DNA of 64,000 bases from Amphiscolops sp. MND2022 (Eukaryota): assembly GCA_964187785.1 (NCBI GenBank), contig OZ076409.1, forward strand, positions 60,452,001 to 60,516,000, read 5' to 3'. The position numbers and the translations under genes were made by a program. Position 1 is the first letter of the stretch, and each line of letters starts with the position of its first letter. Positions 1 to 12,989 of the stretch are shown here, piece by piece. Under the pieces are notes generated by a model. It had not been told where the DNA came from and searched no databases. It worked only from the letters and a program-made list of their open reading frames with translations.

Positions 1-927
1 CTGGACTAACTATGATAAAAGGCTCTTCTTAAAAAACCTAAGAAGGCAGTGAAAGTTTCAAAAATTAAAAAAGCAGCGAAACTATATGGTTGAAAAGTTG
101 CCTCTGTTAATTTTTTTAATCATTTGATGAAATTTTTTTAGCTCAACAAAATCTTTCATAATTTGACAAATTCAATATGTTACAGAAAAAAAAGTATTTT
201 CCCTGCAATTTTCTTCAATATTTTGCCGCCGGCTTTCAAGTCTGTGTGAAATTTGGATGAAAGGCAAATCTTTTTCATCAAAGTTCCAAGAAATAAACTG
301 TTAGGCTCCGAGTTTATTGAAGTTTTCTGTCGTTTTGTATACTGTCGGGAAAATTTTAAGCGGTTTCTGAAGTCATGAAAAGAAAAATTGACTGCTTTTT
401 CAACCTTTTCCGTAGCAACTACAACGTTCTCATGAAAGCGTATGGTTAATATCTAGTAATCGTGGAGTTTTTAGACCTTGTATAGGTTTCTAACTAATTG
501 CGATATAAATCGAATTTAATGATACCTGTATAGTTTTTTTAATCAGTAGTTTAGTCACGAATTATCAATTCGTAATTTTTCTCGACTTGAGTTTATCCGA
601 AGGCAATTCGAATTCCTTGTGAGTTTATTACTAAGTGCAAAGTTTGTATGAACTGCTAATTTTTTTTAAAGCCGAGAAAATAACGTTTTTTTCTAGGATT
701 GTCTTTTATTCAAATAGACTTTTTCTTTTAGTATCTGAAAATTTGAATTCTACAGCACATGAATTTTCATGAAAAACGAACTTTTCATAAATTCACTTAA
801 TTTTTCTACTAAACAACGTCAATCATCGATCGGCGTTATTCGTTTATTTTACCAACACCAAATTTACGCAAAGTCATTTTTTAAACAATAAATGCCATTT
901 TTGAAAGTATTTTTATATATTTTTCAG

Positions 928-1067
928 TTTCATCAACGGTTCCACTGAGACCGAGGATTTCAAGCTGACAGGGACGAAAAACGAGAAGTTGGTTGCTTCT
1001 AAAGACCTAGACAATTCCAGCTACCTGTTTCTCGTTGAGGCCAAAGACCCTAAATTTTCCTCTACAG
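928..1067 (+). CDS. ds: Dachsous-like protocadherin, internal exon (gene starts upstream of window)
   Basis: tttcag acceptor at 927. Reads FINGSTETEDFKLTG...DLDNSSYLFLVEAKDPKFSST (cadherin repeat C-half). G|GTTAGT donor in phase 1, matching the next exon. Confidence 0.75.
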
Positions 1068-3949
1068 GTTAGTGAATCGATGACTCGGTCTTATCTAATT
1101 CGTTCACAACATACGAGTAAAAATGATATAAGATTTTATGAAGTTATTTCGAGATACTACTATTTCAATCAACAAAATCCACGTTGAGTAGTATTGAATA
1201 GTAGAGAAATTGAAAAAAAAATGAACGAAGAAATCTTTCATTTTTGTTCCGTGGAATGGTCGAGTGTTTTGAGACGCAAGCAAAAGCAAAACAAAATTTT
1301 AGAATTTAACAAAAAAATGAAAACTCGCTTACTACTTCCAAAAGTTTTTCAACAATTTGTTGACTCATTTTTTCATCCGTCATTTTTTCCGCTTTTCTTG
1401 TGAATCAATTGGAGCCAAGTTCATTAATTTTTTCTCGTTTTTTTTTCATTTTTTCAGCAATTTTTGTCTGTTCCTGCTAATTGCGGCTAAAATTCTGGAC
1501 AAGACGTCGCCAAGATAGCTCAAAATCATAGCAATCAAAAGTGTCAAAAATGCAATTTTGACATTACTGAAAATAAATCGTGCTAGTAATCAACTCAGAA
1601 CGCAAAAAAAATCAGGAAAAAAAGGCAGTGAAAAAAATTAATGATGAGAAAAAATCTTCCCGACTCAGACCAAAGTTGGGGGAATGATTAATGAGATGGA
1701 AATTAAAGTGATTGTTCAAGTGTATCGAAGTACAAACATCTTTGAAGTTGAGCCTTAACTCCCAAGTGAAGAAATTTGTAAAGGGTGAGAAAAGGTCGAT
1801 GAACTCTTAATGTCCTTTATCAACACTCTAATATCCGCCATCGTATTCAAATATACGCCCCCTATTATAGTATTACTCACCGCCCTCACACAACTGTTGT
1901 AAAAAGTTCTTTTTACATGTACAAAAGGTTGTAAAGTTTTGTATAAAAATGTTATGGTTCAAGAAAACTTTGTAGTTTTCAATTTTTTGCTCTCATAAGT
2001 ATTTTCTAATCATTAGAATTACTTTTAATTCTTGTTTTATATACATGTACCAGACATGTAATGACACTAAGCGTATACTAGCATGATAATGCTTAAAATA
2101 TTTTCAGGTCATATTTTTGCATTGAGGCTAAAAATGTCTTTTTGAGCCCTGGCGTCACTGAAAATATCGATTTTTACTGAAAATTAATTCTGTTGCAACT
2201 ACTAGACGCCAGGACATCCATGAATTTTATCCTAACCAAAGAAAACAATAGGGAAAGTATTTTTCTCTATTGCGACCAGTAGATGACAAACGTGTGATCG
2301 AACGTCTAATAGCAAGGGTTACAAAGGAGCATAGATGTCCATATATGGATGGACAGATAGAAAAAGGGTTATGTAGCTGTCAGTGTTTTTAAGTGGAGGG
2401 GCGGTAATTTATGCGTCAGAAACTGTATTTCCCCAATTTACTTGTTTCGTTTTAATACACATGAAATGAGAACAACGTATGTAGATGGAGATATAGAAGA
2501 ATAAATCCATTGCTATCCCCCTAAACTCTTTCCCATCCGTCCCGATTTTTCGCTACAGCTACCAGCTTAGGTGTCTTTTTCCCGCCAAATTTCGGATTGA
2601 TAAGAACGGACGACGTATAAAATTAGAGGAATAGGTATTTGTAATGAGTCATCGCGATTCCTTTTGAGGAAATGATGACGGAACTTGAAGATTGAACAGA
2701 CACGTATTAAGGGAGGGAAATTGAGAAAAATTGGGAAAAGGATTAATTTGAAAGGATTCTTTTTCCTCAATAATGGAATGAGACTACAGCTGAGTGTTCA
2801 ATTAGTGACTTGTAGAAATTGCCCCTTGCAATTTTTCATTTCTTTTTCCTCAATTCTCGGACAGAACAGACTCTATATTCCCAATTGAGGCTCGCTGCCT
2901 CTTTTCCCCAATTTCGCGCCGTTGTCTAATCTGAATGCCCTGTCAGGTAAAAAAATTCCCGCGAGAAATTGCGCGGGAAACAAGCAGAACAGGTAAAGAC
3001 AAGGCATGACTCGATTTCACTCGTTACTGACCAGTGCAAATGAAAACTGGGGATTTCAAGAAAAAAAAAAGAGAATTGGATTTTGTGTTGAGGATTTAGA
3101 TTCCCACCTTTTTGGTGCACAGAGCGCAGCATTGATTATCAATGTCGACACTAAGTGGCTGTAAATCAGAGAGGGTATGTTGTATAGTGTTTGCTGCTGC
3201 AGCCTTGGATGTTTCTACCTAACAAACGCTGGGTGAGGGAAAAGGGAGATTACCTCAACGTTACTTTCAACCTATCCTATCTTGTTCAGCGCATGATAGT
3301 TTTTCAGGGATCTTTATAATAGCATGCGTGGAAAAGTGGTTTTGAAAATGGTTCGATAAAAATTTGGGTCAACAGAATTCTTCTGACATGATATTCTAAC
3401 ACTCAAGGTTTGAAGTATGTAAAGTTTCCGAATGTGTTCGTTTGTTTTGAGAAAAATTCATGAATTTTTATGAATCAGAATCTTGAGTTTTTCGCCATGG
3501 ATGTTTTGTGATAACTTCGTAGTCTGACGTTTAGGGCCTCCGACAATGTTTAGAACGTGACTCAGTGGGTATAGTTTGGTATCACAGCCTTGGTTGGTAC
3601 ATTGTACCATTTGTACTTTGCAGAGCTGGTGTTAAAAGTGGGTGACTTATGGTTTGGAGGAGAGTAAAGGGTTAGTTGGGCGGGGGGTGGGGGTTGCTGA
3701 AAGACAGCAGCAGGTTGGGTGAATTTCAATGCGTTTAAACACGTGTCTCAAATTATCTTGAGTGCATAAGTAGAGAAGTTTTATGCAGTGCAATTGCGCC
3801 ATTGTAAATCCCTAGAGCACAAGTTGTGATTTAATTCTTATGGAAAGCAAATGTTATTTCGAAATTTTGCGGCTGAAAATAACAAGAACACAAGTTGAAT
3901 ATCTGGTGCCAACATTTCTGCTGCCTACAGAACAAAATGAAATGTCTGC

Positions 3950-5150
3950 GGGCTTCGTGCATGCAGATTGAGTTTAAGAACCCTTTGTTATTGCGCAACA
4001 CTTGTTTACACTTGCCGGCATTAGGCGCTTGTCGCAATTGTTTGTCTGTTTCTACCCAAAAGCCATTTGGGCGCCTGCAACTCTGACAAAACAATTAAAG
4101 CCCAACAAAAACCCACAAGCACCTTTGCAACACTATTTTTACACAAACTGCTTGCGCCTCGGCCCTTTTGGTGCCACTGTATGTAAACAAAAACAACCAG
4201 ATCTGCCAAGTCATGTCGCCATACTTGCCTTCACTTACCATCCACATACCAAGTAACTACCAAACCAAGTACCAGTCACATACCACCGCTCCTACCAACC
4301 AGGAACATTCCCAAACTGGCTCCCAACCCAAGCACCTGTTAGTACTGGCCCACGTCCTCAAACCAACCTCGAACATCTGGGCAGTCCAAGTGACTGTTAC
4401 TTAAAATAGGCGTGAAAGCAAAACGAAAATCTCTTTCAACGCTGCACTGATTTGACACCCAAACTAGTTCGGATCCGCCGGACCCAAGTTTTGTCTGGCA
4501 CTTCTCACCGATAGGTCTGGCTCTGATTACTCCGGAACCAATCTTTTTGGAACCAGAAGCAAAGTAGACTTGCACTTTCAACTGAATAAATGCTTCCAAC
4601 TCTTCCCAATGTTTGGCGCCCAGATGGCGCCCAAATCTTCATGGACTTATCCTCTGTCTCTGAGTGCTAAGTCAAAGTCAGTGAAGTGGGAAAACCCACC
4701 GAACGGCGGGAAAGGGGGAAGTATGAGTCATAGATCACGTGCAGAATAGAATGATTTGATTTGTGGCTAATTGCAAGTGGCGAATACCTGAATGGACCTG
4801 ACTTGAATTGAATTGTAATGGTCTTGACGTCTGAAATACGGACACGACTTCTCTGTATGGCGGAGTTGTTTAGTATACCCAGTCTCACGGTCAAGTTAAG
4901 CTCGGTCGCAATTGAGAGGAAGTTAAATTGGAAAATCTTTTGAGACCGTCTTGACTCTTGATTGAATTAAGTCAATCAAATTAAATCATATTCAAGTGCT
5001 AACTCTTAGAACCAATGCAATTTAATCCGGCCTCTGCTATGACTGGAAGCAATACCAGAAGAAAGCCAGTCTTGTCTGATCCAGTCAACTGGACACCAGG
5101 GGGCATCCAGACCAAAGGATCCTATCATACAAAATTCTGTTGCGTGATTC
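3950..5150 (+). pseudogene. decayed Gypsy gag/protease relic in intron
   Basis: GC-richer island. Contains ACRNC and NCLRLGPFGATVCKQK (degenerate zinc knuckle) and a frameshifted ALI-DT protease-like motif near 4443. Many stops; boundaries approximate. Confidence 0.45.
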
Positions 5151-6184
5151 ACTAACATCTTTTTGGGCCGGGCCGGATGTGTAATTTACCTCACTAAAAC
5201 GTCTATTTCTCTACTGATGATGGCAAAGAATGATTTTTAAAAATTGTTTTAAGATAATTTATGCAAAATGAAACGCAGCAAAGTCAATAATGCGAAAATT
5301 TTTCTTTCAAAATTCAGTTGAAGGTAATAATGATAATGATTTTTAATAATTTTGATATTGATTGGCGGTTCCTGTGATTTCATACCTACGCAGTTATCTA
5401 ACTGAGTTCGTTCCCCCGCATTTAAAATGAGGCATTTCAAAATAGTACTTATTTTCGTCGTCATATTTTCAACAAATACTTAGCACGAGCTTTCAAAAAA
5501 TTCTCAGAAGGAACAACATTACTACGTTCAACACCTCCATAATGAAAAACGAAGATCGGTGAACCAGTCCATGTAATTATAATACGCAATTTTTTTCTAC
5601 ATAGAAAACACAGTTATTAAAATTGAACAAATGACATTAAAATATCGCCTCAGAGCTCCAATTTTTTGTCACTCAAACAATTCAAGCCCCCTCCCTCAAA
5701 GGTTGGCATAAATGAAAACTTTTCTTGAAGAAAACGTTTCAATGTAGTATTTGACATTTAATATGAAATGTAAGTTCAAGTTTGAGATTACTTAGGTGAA
5801 TTTCAATGGAAAGCTTTTGACTTCTCGACAATGTGAATGACTTTTGTGTTGCCAACTGAAAAAAAAATGGTTTAAGATGGAAAAAACACTAGAAAAAAGT
5901 TTAATTACGAAGAAAAAAGTTCCCAATCCCTTCCTCCCCCTGGATGCGTCTCGTAACTGGTCTACTTTAGTGAGTCAGATATCCGAAATATAGTCACATG
6001 ATTTGAGTTCAGAATTTTTGCTGTCATTTTTTAATTGTCCTGTTGCCGATAAACTCCTTTATGAACCTTCTTCAATTTATATATCCAAAATATATTTATT
6101 CCAAAAAATTTCCAGAAAGTTAATTTCGTGAAAATAGTTTTTGTCTTTTGATTTGGTGTTGTTGCAAAACTTGGTGTTTTCCAG

Positions 6185-6397
6185 GTCTCGTTGACATCAT
6201 GATTGGAGCGGTGGAGCCTGAGAGATTGAATTTCACAAACAGTTCCTACCAGGCGTACATCAACGAAAACTCGGCAGTGGGGGATTTCATCACTCAAGTC
6301 ACAGCTTTCAGAGCCAACGGGCAACCGATTGAGTCTCTCACATACAAATTGTTCAGCCCCTCGGTCAACAACTCGCTGAAAATTGACCCTAAGACAG
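6185..6397 (+). CDS. ds: Dachsous-like protocadherin exon
   Basis: ccag acceptor. Reads LVDIMIG...FTNSSYQAYINENSAVGDFITQVTA...KIDPKTG (cadherin motifs). GT donor at 6398, phase 1. Confidence 0.85.
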
Positions 6398-6411
6398 GTT
6401 GGTTCTTTTCG

Positions 6412-6460
6412 TGACTTGACCTGACCTGACATGACCCGACGACCTGACTTGACCTGACCT
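6412..6460. repeat. imperfect (TGACC)n pentanucleotide repeat
   Basis: tgacttgacctgacctgacatgacc..., starting about 15 bp after the exon donor site. Confidence 0.85.
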
Positions 6461-7894
6461 GGCATACATGATCATCGTTGATCAACTATGAATCATGTAT
6501 GATTAATCGATTGTTAGATAGCGAAGCTGCAGCATGGCCATGAACAAAAATCTGTTCAAATAAATTTTTTAATTGCGATTAATAATTTTTAAAAGCGCAA
6601 AATGAAGACCAAATCTGACTTTTTTGCCGTTATTTATTTATTTCGAACGAGTTTGTTGTTTGTACTTTTCCTGCAGGTTTTATTACGAGCTCTATTATTG
6701 TAACAATAGCAAAGGAGTCGCCCCGTTCACGTTGCTTTTTACTTAAAAGCAGCCTTCATTTCAATTCCCATTTTCGGCGCTTTAGGCTAACTTTTTCTGA
6801 AATTTCAACTTCAAAAATCATTCAACCGTTTTTATTAGCGATTTTATATTTATTTGTTTACTTTAAATGCTTTATTTTACTCTATGATTCACCTATCGGG
6901 TGTCATAAACCGGAAGTGTGTGAATAATATAGTCAACAGTGATGACCTTTTTGACTTTTTTAAAATTTATACAATCGAATAATTAAATTCCCAAAAATTA
7001 TTGATTATCGTTTTTTACCCCTAGGCGCGAATAAAAAATATCCTACTTTTCGCTCTGAAAATCGACATATCTGACAAATTCTTGAAGGTCTGGCCTGAAT
7101 GCCTAGAACAGGTAGTTGTAATTTTTTCTGGGACACATCAGCTCTGAAATTTGCTGTAATGTGAATGTTTGAATATATTCGCTGGGGGCCGTTTTTCTAG
7201 GTCTTTTAGGCAGAAGAAATAGGTCGGGGAGGGGGTTGTTGTTTTAAGAACCCGGAAAAAGTTAAATGGCATGTGACACAGTGCCACAGAAACGTCACTT
7301 TACAGCTGTATGCGCTTATCTACATAAACTGCAAACCGCAGCCCATTTTAGACTTGGGCTCTTCTATAACATTTTGGCTGTTCGCACGCCAATGTACAAC
7401 TGGCTAATATTATTTATTAGGGATTAATTATTTATTTTGCTAATTATTTGTTTGAAAAGGTCTGCAAATTTATTTGACTGATGGGTCTGCCTTGTGAGAA
7501 AAGACGTTGTCAAATAATGCAAAATTCGCAGTTAATGTTTTACCAAACTTCCTGAAGTCAAAATTCTGCAGCTTTTGTTTGTTCGTCTCAAAACACAAAC
7601 GCGGGCTGAGAAATGGCGAAAGTGCTTGAAAGCGAAAGTATTGTAAATTGCTCGATCGATCGAAAATGTAACAGATGTCATCGACAGGGTGTATTCTTTT
7701 GTCATACATTTTGGCTAAAGACCTTGAAATCGAAATCGATGCGAAGAAACTCAAAATTGAACAAGAGATTCTTCTTGAAACCACATGTCGTTTAGATTTG
7801 AAGTTCAAGATGCAAATTCGTGCTCGAGGAAAAAATCTTCCCAACAATAGTTTTCATTTCACGTAACAATCGATGTGAATATACAAAACATAAA

Positions 7895-8036
7895 TAGTGG
7901 ATCCCGGATATGATCAACGTCAGCACTAGTGGTTATTCTTGTAATCGAACTTTCTTAATGCAGCTTGTTGGGGCCAAGATACGCATCGGCTATAAGCGGG
8001 TATTTCTCAAGCTAGTTTCATATCCGGGATCCGCTG
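7895..8036. mobile_element. Tc1/pogo-like MITE
   Basis: TIR (t/c)AG(t/c)GGATCCCGGATATGA ... TCATATCCGGGATCCGCTG, followed by TA on the right side. Confidence 0.55.
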
Positions 8037-8252
8037 TACAAAAATTATCAACTGTGCTATCTGTGAAATGGGCCCTCACTCTCAGGAAAGTGCAAATGTA
8101 TAAATTGTCGGGAGCTAGTCTAACAAGCAGACCAACCATTAAAAGAAGACCAACCAATAAGCAGACCAGTGAATTAAAACATTGTCCCTGATCTTAATTT
8201 CAGCCGCATACATGTACTTAAATTCTCTGTGAACACGAATTTGACCAATCAA

Positions 8253-9085
8253 CTGGGGTGTGGGATTTTTAGACCGTGGACCGAAACCCGTAGTGCCAAA
8301 CCGTAACCCGTAAACCGTAGTTGTGAAAAAAGTGAACCGTCACTTTTGAGAAATACGAGCGAATTGTTTTATACATTTAACAGCAGTGTTTCTATGAAAA
8401 TTTTGGAGCGACTTCAATTGTTCATGTAAAAATCTAGATTTCTAAACTTTGGTTTATTGAAAAAGGAGAGTTCAATAATGTATTAAAGGCCAAGTGTTCG
8501 GTCCCAAAACGGAAGCAAAATGAATATGAAAAACGTTTAGATTAATGCATTTGGCAGACAAATGAGCTATCATATTTACAAACAATAGCTAGCAAGACCT
8601 TTCATGCAAAATTTCAAGGTTATTTGAAATATATATTTGCAAAAATAGAAGATATTTTGAACATTTCAAATATTTTTCCCAAATATTTGTCGTTACCGGG
8701 AATCGAACCTGCGACTTTATGGTTCGGCGAATACGGAAAATCCACTACACTAACTGGTCTTATTATTTATTTACTTTAAATTCGTCTTATTTGTATTTGT
8801 ATTGCGCCGCAACAGTTCATTCTCAAATAAGAACGTCTTTAAAAAACGAATTCGTTGAAAATATTTTATTTTTACGCTATAATTTGCAGAGGGCGTTCCC
8901 TCAAATGCTATTTTGGGACAAGAAACATGAGTGCTTTGATAACACCATAACAAAGATTTTTGATGAAGAAATTTAAATACTTCTGAAGCAAAAGTGTTTT
9001 TCAAACCGTACCCTGAAACCGTAAACCGTAGACGACTACCCGTAAACCGTAATTTCAGTTCAACCCGTACGGTTCCACACCCCAG
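8253..9085. mobile_element. hAT-type non-autonomous element (MITE)
   Basis: TIR CTGGGGTGTGG / CCACACCCCAG. Perfect 8-bp TSD CCAATCAA (8245-8252 and 9086-9093). Subterminal ACCGTA/CCCGTA repeats at both ends. Confidence 0.88.
8689..8759 (-). pseudogene. tRNA-derived sequence inside the hAT MITE
   Basis: The reverse complement has an A-box-like TAGTGTAGTGG and a B-box GGTTCGATTCC at tRNA spacing. The acceptor stem does not pair. Confidence 0.6.
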
Positions 9086-9881
9086 CCAATCAAATTAATC
9101 GAGTCTGCTCATTAGCACGAATAATACTTTTATGCTATTTGACTGGTCTGCTTGTTAGACGCACTCCAAATTGTACGTATAAAGTATCTCGCTTTTTGCT
9201 TATTAAACTGTTTTCTCAAGTGGCGTATTGCTTCTTTTTGTGTAAATTCGCTCTTAAAACTTTTGTTTATTTTGTAGATTTCAGCTCAACCTATTTGCTA
9301 TTTTAGTAATAGCAGTAATAGCGGTGCTTTACATTTAGGTTAAATATTGTAATAATTTGATGATTAACTAACTCGCTATACAATAACTTGGCTAGTAAGG
9401 CGGAGACTTACTCAGAAAGGCGGGATAGTCGTTAAAATATTCACGTGATTTCAGGCTATTGTTGCCTGGATTTTCCAAGGACGTTTGTAATGGATCTTTG
9501 CTGAAAAATTTGGTCTCAAATGTAATTTTTAGGTTATAGACGCCGTTCAAATTTGTCAATTTTTTCTCGATGAAATCCATCACTACATGTTTTGCATCAT
9601 AATCAAGACAAATGTTTCGATGAGGGTTTCATTATTTTCCGCTCATATTACATAGAGGTCCTCCTGCAGAATTCAACCACGGAAAATCCAGTTTCGTAAC
9701 ATATACATTTATGAAAAACGTACCTAAATTACTGAAACTTTTTCTGCCGTTCAAAAAACTTGTTTAAAAATATTCAGGGCAGAGGTATGTCTTGTTTCCC
9801 GTTTTTTTCTCTATTCGCTCGGAGCTGTGTAATCATTCCCCGAGGAATCCACGTGGAACCAACACTTTGAACTGTTTCCAG

Positions 9882-10117
9882 GAGAAGTGACGGTGAATTC
9901 TTCGAAAGCGTTTGACTTTGAGACAGTGAAGCAGATTTCAGCGCACGTTGAGGCCATTGCCACGGTTGTAGGGGGTGGGCAGATTAAGGGGTACACTTCG
10001 GTGGTGGTGCATGTCAACAACCTGAATGACAACTGGCCCTACTTCAAAATCAACACCGACACCTATGACGTCAATGAGGGCAGCTATTCCAGCGACAACC
10101 CCATGATCATCAAAAAT
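9882..10117 (+). CDS. ds: Dachsous-like protocadherin exon
   Basis: ttccag acceptor. Reads EVTVNSSKAFDFE...VHVNNLNDNWPYF (DxE and xNDNxP Ca-binding motifs). GTAAGA donor, phase 0. Confidence 0.88.
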
Positions 10118-10222
10118 GTAAGACAAACAAGCATTTGCCTGCATTAACAACATGCATCTTTAACAAGATCCTACACAACTCTTACAAAATACACATCTTT
10201 TTCAAGAACATTAAGCACAATA

Positions 10223-10400
10223 CAGTTTAACTTCAGTATTACACACCTCGTTGGGAGAAAACGCTCAAGTACGTTATTCTGAAGTGTGTGTTATAAGCGA
10301 AAAAGACCAAATGATGAAAACCAAACACGGGGGCACAAAATATGTGCTTTATTCTGAAGGTTACACTATAGTGCACGTGTGTGATACTGAAGTTAAACTG
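10223..10400. mobile_element. Tc1/mariner (pogo/Tigger-like) MITE
   Basis: 24-bp TIR CAGTTTAACTTCAGTAT(T/C)ACACAC, flanked by TA on both sides. Confidence 0.85.
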
Positions 10401-10613
10401 TATGTGTTTAACAACAATAATTCAAGAAAGGTTAAAATTTTTGTGTGAAATGCTGGGAAAATTATCACATTGTACTTTGTACTTTCTACAAAGACGCAAA
10501 ATTTTACAAATTAAACATTTTCTATAGATTTGGACGCAACTAGTGTTTACACGTATCGGATGAATTTTTTGGGACCAAGCTTGCTGTTTTTCCTGTTTTT
10601 GAGACTGTGAGAA

Positions 10614-11042
10614 CAGCTATATCCTGTTGAATTACATTTAACTGTTTTTAAGACCAAAAACCGACTTAAACGTTTTAAACCGAATCGATTAAGCCGGTTT
10701 TGGACGAGAAATGAATTTAACCGAATATTTGATTTTTTTTTGCGCTCGAAGTTCTTGAAAATGTTCCCCGGAGAAGTAACTTGGAATGAAAGAATGTTAG
10801 TAATATTCAACCAATGGGGTTTTATCATAGTAGAAACTTTGCAAAATTTTCTAACATTTGCAATTTACAATTTGTTGGAATGAAAGTTTCCTCAACTTCG
10901 TCCGTCTCATGTTTTAGTGCCAATCCTCAACACACTGTTAAATTTGGGTCTAGTTTAACCGAATCGGTTAAATCGATCGGTTAATAATCTGAGCAAATTA
11001 ACAAACCGTTTATTTAACCCAATTGTTTAACCGACATCACTG
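10614..11042. mobile_element. decayed hAT-like MITE
   Basis: Right end CATCACTG (CAGTGATG TIR). Subterminal TTAACCG repeats near both ends. Flanks TGTGAGAA / ATTGAGAA (6/8). Left TIR is degenerate. Confidence 0.45.
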
Positions 11043-12146
11043 ATTGAGAAGTGAACCTGACTTACTTGCAAGGATGCCATATCAACAATATCACTAGTTT
11101 ACCCTCTAAGCGATGTCCTTGAACGCTAATGCATCGGTTGCAAAGTTCTCGAAATACGAAACATCTCTTAGGGCTATTATGCACAAAAAGTGCAACGGAT
11201 GCATTAAAATCAAGGTCGCTCGAGAGAAATTCGAATTAATTTCCGTGAAAGAAGCAATAGCTCTAGGAGCTTCCAGGAAGCTATAATTTATATGCTCCTT
11301 CTAATTTTTGCATCCTTCAAGTTTAGATGGCTGTCAATATTGCAAAAAAAACATTTCCGAGGCCGAGGCGCTTTCAAAAAAATTTTAAAATTTTTTGGTT
11401 CATATGAGATGTTCAATTTTATTGCAAAATTTCAGATTTCGATATATAAGTTTTTTTAATTTGTTCATTTTTTCTTGCAAATACTTTAAAGTTTCTACAT
11501 TGACCTACGTTTGCGCCCAAACGACGTTTCATCTTTAAACATCTTTTCTTTGAACCTTCAAATTGATGAAAAAATATTCGCTTCAATCAACACTGACTTG
11601 ACATGTCTTTTTAAGGTGACCGCCATAAAATTGCGGCAAAGTCGTGTATCAGTTGCCATGTACAGTAAAGAAGTAAAATTGATTCCTGAGCCTTTTGAAC
11701 ATTTTTTTATCAGAGCCGAAAGATATGTGGGGTAGTTTTTGAAGGAATTGTACACCTACTGAGTCACTTTTCTGTTCCAATAAAAGCTCAATAAAATTAT
11801 TGATGTTGCGTTAACTGACGCACTTTATTTTATACTTGGAGTGTTAATTACAGATGAAAGAAATTTTATTTTCAAAATCATTCAAAGTTGTCTGAAACTG
11901 TAAGGAAAAATTAGTCCATGGGATTTTACTGACCCTTGATTTGAAATCGAAATAGTGTATTTTGATGAGTGAATCTTCCTTTTTTCAAACATTTTTCGAA
12001 AACTTGGTTTTCTTGTTTTCTCGACAAATTTCATTGCGATCCTTTAAAGTTTTCATAGACTTTAGTAGATTTGCATTCATTCTTCGATTTTTGTGTTCTT
12101 TTTCATACTCTCTATCTCATTTCATGCTGTTTTTTTTTCATTTCAG

Positions 12147-12456
12147 TTATACCCGGCTGACTTGGACATGCGATGGGCCCCCGATGGGCTCACCACCAAG
12201 ATCAAATCTATCTCCCCTGCTCCCACCTCGGATGAACCCCTATTCGAGATACGTCATCAGTTTCTGCTGGTGTGTGTGGGTGAGCTGGACAGGGAGACAC
12301 AAGACAGGTACGAGGTGGTTGTCAGTGTCACAGATTCGGGACTGCCAGGAGAAGAGACTCACACTACCGACAGGAAACTCTTCATATCCGTGCTGGATGA
12401 AAACGACAATCCCGCCGTTTTTGGCGATTACCCACATCAGCTGGACGTTCCTGAAG
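12147..12456 (+). CDS. ds: Dachsous-like protocadherin exon
   Basis: tttcag acceptor. Reads LYPADLD...LDRETQDRYEVVVSVTDSG...VLDENDNPAVF. Donor at 12457, phase 1. Confidence 0.88.
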
Positions 12457-12841
12457 GTGCCAAAAAGTTTATATTTTTGTAAAGAAAAACATTAATTCAT
12501 GATTTCTCCCATTTTTTGGTATATAAAACTTGTCAATATACTTTTTCGTCCTTGAATGATTTACATATTAATTTTCTAGAGACTTGCTTTCAATTACCAG
12601 TTTTTAATTTGATCCGAAATTTTGGAATCACTTCAAAAAACTGCTTTTATAGGAAATAAAAATAGATTTATTGATAGTTTCACGAAGATATTTTAAACTC
12701 GTATGTTGACAAAAAGTGTGAAAGAAATTGCATTTTTTTCATTATTTCAAAACAAGGCGTCGACATCATTGAATTTGCTTTTGCAATTGAGTTCGTTAAC
12801 CCTGATCGGGAGCTGAACTAATAATGGGCTGTTTCTTTTAG

Positions 12842-12989
12842 ACACTCCAATAGGAACTGTGATTGGAACTTACACAGCCATCGACAAGGACATTGACCCC
12901 CAGATCACCTACAACTTGACCTATGCCCGGTCTCAGAAGGAACCGCCCATGTTCTCAATCAACCACAAAGGTCAACTGGTGCTAATCGA
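12842..12989 (+). CDS. ds: Dachsous-like protocadherin exon (not in ORF track)
   Basis: ttttag acceptor. Reads (D)TPIGTVIGTYTAIDKDIDPQITYNL...FSINHKGQLVLI. GTTAGT donor in phase 2, completing D-ELDRE in the next exon. Confidence 0.85.

Larger units (their letters stand above)
8111..9167. mobile_element. Mutator-like MITE (host of a nested hAT MITE)
   Basis: TIR GGAG..GTCTAACAAGCAGACCA / TGGTCTGCTTGTTAGAC..CTCC. Flanks AAATTGTCG / AAATTGTAC (9-bp TSD, 7/9 match). Confidence 0.6.

Noticed and set aside
6031..6465. 144-aa minus-strand ORF
   Set aside because: Antisense to a cadherin exon plus the microsatellite.
8689..8759. functional tRNA gene
   Set aside because: The acceptor stem does not pair and it lies inside a MITE. 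Reported as tRNA-derived only.
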